A stretch of DNA of 64,000 bases from Torpedo marmorata. Its lineage: Eukaryota. Where the stretch lies: the NCBI GenBank assembly GCA_977017645.1, contig OZ360230.1, positions 14,260,001-14,324,000 on the forward strand. Direction: 5' to 3'. Positions within the stretch are counted from its first letter, which is position 1; each line of letters begins with the position of its first letter. A program made the translations under genes and the position numbers. The notes under the pieces are model-generated. The model ran no database searches and was not told the DNA's origin. It saw nothing but the letters and a program-made list of their open reading frames with translations. Positions 37,373 through 47,252 of this stretch are shown here, in pieces.

Positions 37373-38226
37373 ATTGAAAAGGAAAGAAGAATTCTCATCA
37401 TAATGAAGAAAAACCCCCAAACGTATGTCCGACATATCAGAAACACTCTTTAGAAGGCAGGTGTGGATATGTCAATGACTACCGTCCGCAGAAGACTTCA
37501 TGAAAAGAAATACAGACGCTACACTGCAAGATGGCAAAGGTGGTATGCTTTGGACCTTGAGCTGTTCCTTTGAGCCACCACACTTTGCTCTTACAATCAC
37601 TCTGATAAAGGTTAAACTTGGTCTCATCTGTCCACAAGACCTTTTTCCAGAATTCTGCTGGCACTTTTAAATACTTCTCGGCAAACTGTAATCTGGCCAT
37701 CCTTTCTGTGGCGAACTAATGGTTTGCATCAAACCGTCTTTGTCCCAAACATTATGGAGGGCACTGTAAATACCACTGTTAACGGTTGTTGGAATGCATT
37801 CCAATCAAATTGCTTTGTTCTGGACCATCTGGGAACATTGGTAAATGGGAGCAACAAAGTATTTTGTTTGAAATTAATGAGAATGAATAAAGGAATAACG
37901 AAGAGTCAGGTGAATTAAAACTGTGAATCCAATGTCAAGGAAGGCATGGAAAGAGAAATTCATATTGGATTAAGAGTAGGAAAAAGGAAAAACATTTAAA
38001 AATGTAACTTTTTAACATTTTTATAACATTAATATTTCACCACCAGTATGAATAAGACTGAAGACTTATAATTATTCATTACCCAGGTCAGGAATATTAC
38101 TTGGACTTATACGCTGTTATTAGTAAGTAAAAACTTCTGTGACATCTAATAGTCAACTAAAGTGCGCAAGTTGACACCATCCAAAATACAGAAAGGATAA
38201 ACATAAATGGTACTTATGTTAAGTTA

Positions 38227-39180
38227 CCGTATATACTCATGTAAAAGTCGACCACCTATTTTTGTCCAAAAAATCTGGAATTTTCCATATACAGTATTTC
38301 ATGTAAATGTCGACGTTAGACTCTCACCTCGGCCCCGGCTGACCCCAGGCCGGAGCTTCCGACACCTCGGCCCCGGCCGCCCGCCCATTGGAGCTCCTGA
38401 TGCCTCTAACATGGACTATCGCCTCAGCCCCAGCCGCCCACCCATCGGAGATCTTGATGCCTTGAACGTGGACTCTCACCTTGGCCCGGCCGCCCGCCCA
38501 TTGGAGCTGCTGATGCCTTGAACGTGGACTCTCACCTCGGCCCTGGCCGCCCGCCCATCAGAGCTCCTGATGCCTTGAACGTGGACTCTTGCCTCGGCCC
38601 GGCCGCCCGCCTATTGGAGCTGCTGATGCCTCGAACATGGACTCTCACCTCGGCCCGGCCGCCCGCCCATTGGAGCTCCTGATGCCTCTAACGTGGACTA
38701 TCGCCTCAGCCCCAGCTGCCCACCCATTGGAGATCTTGATGCCTCGAACGTGAACTCTCGCCTCAGCCCCGGCCGCCCGCCCATCAGAGCTCCTGACGTC
38801 TCAAATGCGAACTCTTGCCTTGGCCCTGGCCACCTGCCGATCGTAGTTCCTGATGCCTCGGTCACGAACTCTCGCCTCAGCCTCGGCCGCCCGCCCATCG
38901 GAACTCCCGATGCCTCCGATGATGCAGATACGTACTGCGGTACTGACCTCCCCCCGTAGTAGGACGTGTGTTTTGATGTTCAGACTCTGTATTATTACTT
39001 TAATTGTGTTTTTGTTCTTTATTCGTTTAGTGATCATTTGGACTTCTGCTACTGATATGGTATTTTGGATTCTAGTGTGAATTTCAGCCTCTCAAAAGTA
39101 GTATCCATGTAATAGCCGACCCCATAAAATTAACATTAAAAATGGTCTGCAAAATTCGACTTTTACACGAGTATATATGG
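38227..39180. mobile_element. Non-autonomous Tc1/pogo-type DNA transposon (MITE)
   Basis: TIRs ccgtatatactcatgtaaaagtcga / tcgacttttacacgagtatatatgg; TA flanks. Confidence 0.85.
38310..38920 (+). repeat. GC-rich 57-bp minisatellite (about 10 copies) inside the MITE
   Basis: Unit aacgtggactctcacctcggccccggccgcccgcccattggagctcctgatgccttg. Confidence 0.9.
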
Positions 39181-40544
39181 TAATAGCAAATTGTACACTT
39201 CATCCAACATCTGATGAAATTTGTCATTTATTGGGCTTCACTTCCTCTTGATAGGCTAATCTAAACATTGGTAATTTTATTCATCCTTCATACAGCATTA
39301 CTTTTTCAGAAAATTCCATCCCACTTATTCAACCTCCCTGCATTTATCAGGTTATACATAATGTTTTGGTTCAAATAATACATGCAAAAAACTCATAGTT
39401 GCTATTTATTTTATTTTGCAGAGCACTGAAATCTCATCTGTCATTTATATATTATAAACAACTTATGGGTCAACAGACAGAATACTTAATATGATAAATC
39501 TTATTCAGAGGAGGAAAGATCAGCTTCTGCCTTGCCTTCAATAACTAATATTGTCCCTTAGATGCAATTCATTTGACAAATAAAATGTCCTTGGATGCAA
39601 TTAATTGTTCTTTAGAATTTCACTTCCTGGAAAAATTGTGTTTGATTTGCATTAAATCAGTTTGAATTTCCTCTATTATTAACTAAGGGCAATTAATTTA
39701 GCAGCACAGGATCCAGAACAGTTTGAAGTTCTGACTGAGTGAAAGGAAATCCATGGAAATATAAATCAGAAGATGTAAAATGGGTGGCTGATGCATATTA
39801 TCCTCAGGCAGTTACAGGAGTTGCAAGAATCTGTATTCTGTGGCGTACTTGATATGTGTGTATTGAATACATGTCGTAGGGCAAAATTTAAAATGTGTAG
39901 CTCTAGCCCCCAGGACATATTCTCCTTGTAATTTTAAAACTTATTTATCAACAGGGTCATTAAAATGAAATAATTTTTCTGAAAATCAATCATGGTAATG
40001 ATTTTGAAACAGGTTTTAAGTAGATTTGCTCTGGGTTTACACGGGGCACACTCAATAATGGAAAGAAGCTGTAATTTTGAAAGCTCTTTCTCATCCACAG
40101 AGTCACAAAGATCTAAGCATGCCCCTACAGGTTACAGTGCTTATGGCAGTTCACTGGAATTCTACAGATCTGAACAAAATGGTTTGTAACTCAGCAATAA
40201 TGAGGCCTATCCCAAGAGAATATGTATGTTGAATTGTACTCCCCATCATCAGAGTTATGCCTAGATAAATGAATTATTTTAATTTGATTTATTTCTCACA
40301 ACACAATCAGAAATTGAACCATTAAAAGCCAAATGACCCTTGGGAGTGATAACCAAATGATACTGTAGCTTTGTGAAATTCTTAAAGAATGTGGATTAAC
40401 TTGTTCAATGCGCAAAGATGTAATTCATGCAAAATTCTGAACTCTACTTTCATACAAGATACAATAATAATGTTGTATTATTATTTATAGCTTTGAAGCA
40501 AAAAAAAACCCAGATTTGGATAGCAGAAAAATGGCACCAGCTGT

Positions 40545-41055
40545 TGGGCAAACAATATGGGCCATACTAAGGGAGTGGCCAGGCCAACAATGGGACAATA
40601 CCATGTAAATAGCCACACTGACATCAGGCAGCACTCGGGGAGAGTTGGGCCAACATCTGGGCATGAGCGAGGAAACGGCAAAGCCGGGCAGACCATTATC
40701 GAGCAGCTCTCAGGGAAATACTGGGCCAGCATCTGGCTGTACCAGGTTAACGATGGGGCAGCACTGAGAGAATGACTGGACTGAGATTAAGGCAGCATCC
40801 AGGGAATGGTAAATATGAGGGAATAACTTGGCCAACATCTGACAACACCAGAAGAGCAACTAAGCTAACATCAATGCAGCACCAAGGGAATGTTATGGCC
40901 AACATCTGTGTAGCCTGAAAGTAATGGCCAATTGAACATCTAGGCAGCACCAAGGGAATGGCCAGTTCAACATCTGGGCAGCAGCAAGGGAATGTCCTGG
41001 CTAGCATCTGTGTGAACCAAAGAAATGACCAGGTCATCATTTGGGCAGCACCAAG
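40545..41055 (+). repeat. Degenerate tandem repeat with a period of about 40 bp
   Basis: Recurrent ggccaacatctgggcagcaccaagggaat core. Confidence 0.65.
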
Positions 41056-41129
41056 TTTTGCTACTTTTCAGGGAAGTCAGGGAAGGAATGGACAGGGAAA
41101 AGTGAATATCTCTGAGAGGATGAGGCTGA

Positions 41130-41498
41130 GACCACTGCAAGAAACTGTAAAGGGTTGTGAATGTGGCTCAGGCCCTCCCCTCCATCGACACCTCCCACTG
41201 CTTTGGAAAAGTAGCCAAGATATTAAAAGACATCTCATCCCAACAACACACCTCTCCCATCAGGAAGAAGATTCACAAATATAAGACATTTTCTTTCCTG
41301 CCATTATCATACTTCTCAATGAACCTCATAATAGTAAAACTGTGCTGCCTTTGCTCCATACCAACTCATCTCTCTCTGTAACTCTGCACTTTTGAACTGT
41401 GTTTTACTTGTACTAGATAAGAGATGTCTAATTGGTCTGCTTGCAAGACAATCGCTATCACTGCATCTTGGTACATTACAATAAACTTGAACTTGAAA
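41130..41498 (+). mobile_element. Degraded LINE 3' end (Rex/L2-type tail)
   Basis: aataaacttgaacttgaa tail. Confidence 0.55.
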
Positions 41499-42205
41499 GT
41501 TCATTGAATATGGATGTTGGAGAGGTGAAAGGTGAGGATTATGGAATCTCTTTCCTGGCTCTGTCCAAGAGAAGAAGGCTTGATAATATACAGTCAAGGG
41601 AAAGGAGACCATAGTTCAAGAAGAAAGAGATTTCAGATGCACCTGTGTGGAAAGTCTCACCTGGAGCACAGAAATGATGGAGATAGGGCAACTAGGACAA
41701 TGAAATAAAATCTTTCCAGTAGGTTTTGTGAGATGAAGAATCAAGATAGCTGGGGGGAGTCTGTGGGTATGTACTATATTATGTATATAAATGATGTATG
41801 TTGCTGATTAATTTCCTTTCTGCACTATCACTGAGCTGCATCAATGCAGAATTACATTTTCTTGCCTCATTGATTTTGATCAGTTTCAGTTTTATTCATT
41901 AGTAGCAATCTCTCGGAGCAAAATATATCTCCAGGTTATGAACGGGTTTTATTTTTACAGATATCCACAGGTCAATATTTTCCATGAGTCAGAAAGTACA
42001 TAAGATCACTTGTTTACTCCACAGTATTGTGACTCTGCCACTAAGCCACTGGAGATTGAAGTCTTTATTCAGCACAAGCCAGTATTCTGGAGAATCAATT
42101 TCTCCTCTCCTTTCCCTTTCATGACATTGCAGTACAATGAAGATTTATACTTTTCAAACACAAAAACAACAGTACATGATTAAGTACAGTTTTGAAGGTT
42201 ATAAT

Positions 42206-42903
42206 CAGTAAACACACCGAAATGCTGGAGGAACTCAGCTGGTCTTTTCAGCATCTATAGGAGACAAAGATATATTGCCGACGTTTCAGGCCTGAGTACT
42301 CCTTCAAGGAAAAAAAATCAGAAAAGGCAGCAGCAGGATATATCAGAAAGTCTCAGAATTCAAACAATGGGGGAGGAATCCAGACCAACAAAAGGTGTTA
42401 ATTGGATATGATAAGGGACTAGGTAGAATTTATCATGTCCCAGTGGCCACCCATTTCAATTCTCTATCCCATTCCCTTGCTGACATGTTTGTCCATGGTC
42501 CCATGTACTGCCAGACTGAGACCACCCGTAAATTGGAGGAACAACACCTCATCTTCCGACTGGGCACCCTCCAACCGGATGGCATTAATATTCACTTCTC
42601 TGGCTTTCGTTAAACCCACCCCCTTGCTTCCCCCGTCATCTCTCCATTCCCTGTCTCCTTTCGCAGACATGATAAATTCTACCTAGTCCCTTATCATATC
42701 CAATTAACACCTTTGTTGGTCTGGATTCCTCCCCCATTGTTTGAATTCTGAGACTTTCTGATTTTTCCTTGAAGAAGGGCTCAGGCCCGAAATGTCGGCA
42801 AAATATCTTTGTCTCCTATAGATGCTGAAAAGACCAGCTGAGTTCCTCTAGCATTTCGGTGTGTTTACTACAATCACAGCGTCTGCAGCCTATCGTGTTT
42901 CAC
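42206..42903 (+). mobile_element. Penelope-like insertion with an inverted 5' copy of its terminal repeat
   Basis: Arms at 42207-42439 and 42666-42869; GIY-YIG C-terminus PVATHFNS..RKLEEQHLIFRLGTLQPDGIN between them; 13-bp TSD tgaaggttataat. Confidence 0.9.
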
Positions 42904-42949
42904 TGAAGGTTATAATTGCCCACTTAAGTTTAACAATTTGGGCATGGAC

Positions 42950-43470
42950 AGGTAACATTGCAGAATTTTCTAATTTCAGGGAATGAGTCCCCTCTCTCTT
43001 TTCTGCACCCCTTCTGCTCTTTCTCTGTCCCCTTTCCCAACCACCTCCACTCATTCTCATCCACCCTCCTTTTTGGTTCCATCCCCCTCCACCCCCATTT
43101 TCCCCACTGGATTCCAACACTCTCTCCATTCCCTCCCTTTGGTCTTTTACACCTCCATTCTCACCTTCTTATCAGGTTCCATGTCTTCTAATCACCCACT
43201 GTACCCGGTATGACTCACCTTCCTCCACCTGACAACTGTATTTTTTGCCGCTCTCTCCCTTTGTCTGCCATCTGCCAATCTACTTCATCTGTCCATCATG
43301 TTTCACCAATCCTTAGAGGCACCTGTTCCACCCCTCCTACTCTGTCCACTTTACACCAGCTTCTCTTCTACATTTAACTAGTGCTGATGAGAGTTTTGGC
43401 TTGAAACGTCGACCATTCTTTTTCTCCAAATGATGCTGCTTGACCTGTGGAGTCCCTCCAGCAGATTGCA
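42950..43470 (+). mobile_element. Old Penelope-like 3' region
   Basis: CT-rich tract, then ctgatgagag..gaaacgtcgac and tgatgctgcttgacctg. Confidence 0.6.
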
Positions 43471-44139
43471 TCTGGCTTCAAATACTGGTGACTGTTGCAA
43501 GCGGTTTTGAACACAGAACCCCAGACACCCATAATATATTTATTTTGTTCACTGGTGAGGGATGGCTCCCTGGATATGCAAACAGCTAGAATATTAATTA
43601 ACAAAAAAAGTCATGAACTGTGTATTAAGTGGAAGTTACATGTTTTTAATGATAGATTAATACAGGAAATGACCACTTAATGCCTTCACTGATCACATCA
43701 TGGGGGTTTCAATGTGGCCCAAATATTGCCTTCCCCAGTCTAGTTAGAAAAATATAGAATCAGGATATCCAAGGCTCAATGGCAAGTTTCAATGGTCTTA
43801 AAGTATCAATGGATGTTACATTGTTTAACAGAATATCATTGCACGTATCAAGTGTGGATTACTTTGTCAGTTTCCATAGCCAATCTCTTAAGTGGCCTCC
43901 TATGGGGAAATTGGCAGACAGTGTTTTTAAGAGACAATGGTGTCTGTTTACTGTGAGGAGGTGACATGTAGACAGGTTTTATTTAAAGACTGGGACTCCT
44001 TTGAATTAACCAGTTGCTCCCCAATTCTGTAACTCCAGATGTCATATGGTTATCAATGCCTAAGAAATGGCATCAAAAGTACAATACAACACCATTTTGT
44101 AAAAGTTAAACCACAAGAAAGAACAATTACTAAAACCAG

Positions 44140-44860
44140 AAGTGTACGATCGAGTGATCATTGGGGGATCAGAGGTGGAGAGAGTGAGCAAATTTAAGTT
44201 CTTGGGAGTCACCATCTCGGAGGATATTTCCTGGACCCAACACACTAATGGCATTGTGAAAAAAGCACGTCAGTGCCTCTACTTCCTCAGGAGTTTGGGA
44301 GGTTGGTATGACATTGGAAACCCTGCCAAATTTCAACAGATGTGTGGTGGAAAGTGTGCTGACCGGCTGTATCACGGTCTGCTATGGGGACACCAATATC
44401 CCTGAGCGTAAAGCTCTGCAAAAGGTAGTGGTCACAGCCCAGGGCATCACAGGCAAAACCATCAAGAACATCGACTGGGAACGCTGCCGTCAGAGAGCAG
44501 CAGTAATCATCAAGGATCCATACCACCCAACACATGCTCTGTTCTCGCTGCTATCATCAGGGGAAAGAGATATAGGGGCTACAAGACTCGTACCACCAGG
44601 TTCAGGAACAGTTGTTACCCCTCCTCCATCAGACTCCTCAACAACAAACTCAATCAGGGAATAATTTAAGGACTCTTGCACTTTATTGATTTTTTTTTCC
44701 TCCCTGTATTGCACAGTTTGTTTACATTTCTTTATTTGTTTACATGTGTACTTTTTTTTGCACTTCCATTAAGTGGTAATTCTGCCTGGCCCACAGGAAA
44801 AAGAATCTCAGGGTTGAATGTGATGTCATGTATGTACTCTGACAATAAATCTGAAATCTG
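44140..44860 (+). mobile_element. Rex1/Babar LINE 3' fragment
   Basis: VERVSKFKFLGVTISEDISW..KKARQCLYFLR, ESVLTGCITV; tail aataaatctgaaatctg. Confidence 0.85.
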
Positions 44861-45439
44861 GAGAGAGAGAGAGAAAACTAGTTCTGCCATTCATAGGAAT
44901 GCAAGTATAAATGTACACTAGACTTCTGAATTTAAGACAGGCAAGCCCGGCATTACAGCCATTCAAATGACAAAAATTCACCCTGGGACAATTCATAAAT
45001 GACTACCCAAAAATTTGAGATACGGAATAAAATTCACACAGCATTTCTGTGAAAAAGGTAAGCAAATAATCAGAACATTTACTTTTTCAACTTCTGTTCG
45101 TGACACATGCAGATGATGCGACCTAGTCTTTCCAGAAACATTATCAAGTTTTTTGTCATCTGATTGCACAGGTACAACGCAACGAAACAGCTTTCTCCGA
45201 TCGTTGGTGCAAAACATGCACACACACAACCAGACATACAATACACATGCAGGACAAGTATTCATATATACAAATATTGTTTTGTGTTTCGTGAATATGA
45301 GAGTCTTATGAGACCTCATTCATACGTATGAGTGCCCGTAAATTGAGCATTGGTAATCTGGAGGGGCTGTAAGTCTATGTCTCCTAGCACTTGATACTTA
45401 TGGCAATAGTTCTGTCTTTGGTGTTCATGGTTTTGAATG

Positions 45440-45904
45440 TCCACATTAGATATCTTTATAAGTACAAGTAGAACAACCCTTGCATCACCAGACTATTCAC
45501 ATAACCAAAGCCCGTCTTGCCTGGAATTTATAAATCCATTGTGCATCCTCTCTAAATGTTTTTCATCTTTCCTAGGTTTTGGCTTGCAGCCTGGAACTGA
45601 ATGCAATAATCCAATTGCAGCCAGTGTTTTATAAAGGTTCATTGTTACTTCCTTGCTCTTGTACTCTATGCATCTAAATATAAAGCCAAGGATCCCAAAT
45701 GCTTTTCCAATTATTTTCTCCTCATGCCAAACTGCTTTCAATGGATCCTGCACACATTCCCCCAAATCTCTCAGTTCTTGTGTCCCTTTTAGGATTGTAC
45801 CCTCTGGTTAATATTGCTTCTTTTCATTCTTTCTACCAAAATGTAACATTCCCTATTTGTAAACTGTAACTTTCATCTACAATATCTTTACCCATTCTAC
45901 TACC
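45440..45904 (-). mobile_element. Degraded CR1 fragment (continues at 56201-56750)
   Basis: KAFGILGFIFRCIEYKSKEVTMNLYKTL. Confidence 0.7.
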
Positions 45905-46205
45905 TGATGAGCCCATCAATAACTCCAAAAGACTAGAAGTTACACAAGAACTGAAAGGCTTTTATTAGCAAAAGAATGGAGCTACATTCGTGCTGGTGAT
46001 CTGTCCCGGACTGGGGGAGGAGCCGTGGCACAATGGCCTTTATTCAAGGGGGTTTGTGGGAGGAGCCACCGGGACAGTCAGCAGGGCATGTCCAGACTTA
46101 TCGCCTAGCCCACAATCCATATACAGTGGTTTACCACATTCACCCTTCCTTTTTAAAAGAGTCCAGCGGGGTGAAGTGTATAATAACATTTACAAGAGAT
46201 TAACA

Positions 46206-47252
46206 TTACAGATCGAGTCGATCAGGCGGTCGAGTTTGCCCTTGTGATCGGCGCAGTACTTGTGGTGATGGGGCAGGTGGCGGAGCTACCTCCTGCCTGA
46301 TCTGGGGTACTGCCACGTCTGGTGATCGCGAAAATGCTGGTGCGTGTGGTGTCGTGCTGGAATTGAGTGGTGCCTCAATGGTAGGCAAGGGGGTAACCGT
46401 AACAAGGGGGTGTTCGAGGGCAGGTTCCAGTGCTCCTGCGGGCGCCAGGTCCCGGATGGAGACCGTGTCTTCCCGCCCATCAGGAAAACCCACGTAGGCG
46501 TACTGGGGGTTTGCATGTAATAATTGGACCCTCTCGACCATTGGGGCGTATTTATTGCTCCTGACATGTTTGCGGAGCAGCACTGGCCCTGGGGACGTCA
46601 GCCATGCTGGTAGGGTAGTCCCGGTGGTCGACTTCCTGGGGAAGGAAAAGAGTCTCTCATGAGGTGTAGCATTGGTGGATGTACATAGCAGGGATCGGAT
46701 AGAGTGGAGTGCCTCGGGAAGGACTTCTTGCCAGCGGGAGACTGATAATCCCTTAGACCTGAGGGCTAAGAGTGTGGCCTTCCAGACCGTGGCGTTCTCC
46801 CTTTCTACTTGTCTGTTACCCCGTGGATTATAGCTCGTGGTCCTGCTAGTGGCGATTCCCTTGGCCAGCAGATATTGTCGCAGCTCGTCACTCATAAATG
46901 AGGACACCCGGTCGCTATGGATATAGCAGGGGTATCCAAACAACGTGAAGAGTTTGCGGAAGGCCTTTGTGACTGAGGTGGTCGAGGTATCGGGGCAGGG
47001 AATGGCGAAAGGGAACCGCAAGTACTCATCAATAACGTTGAGGAAGTACACATTGCGGTCAGTGGAGAGAAGTGGGCCCTTAAAGTCGACGCTGAGTCAC
47101 TCAAATGGGCGGGTTGCTTTTATTAACTGTGCCCTGTCAGGACGGTAGAAGTGCGGTTTGCACTCTGCGCAGACTTGGCAGCTGCTGGTCATCGTCCTGA
47201 CCTATTCCAGGGAGTACGGTAGATTACGGGCTTTCACAAAGTAAAAAAGCCT
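46206..47252 (-). pseudogene. Gypsy integrase (portion 3' of the BEL insertion)
   Basis: CQVCAEC, VDFKGP, IHSDR, QVEREN; contains stops. Confidence 0.9.

Larger units (their letters stand above)
28035..37766 (+). mobile_element. Tc1 transposon split by nested retroelements
   Basis: 30-bp TIRs at 28035-28064 and 37737-37766 with TA TSDs; transposase N-terminus 28382-28600 resumes at 37385-37533; WTDETKF segment inverted at about 37534-37730. Confidence 0.9.

Noticed and set aside
39200-40500. Possible exon of a neighbouring or host gene in unique sequence
   Set aside because: No recognisable coding similarity or convincing splice-bounded ORF on either strand
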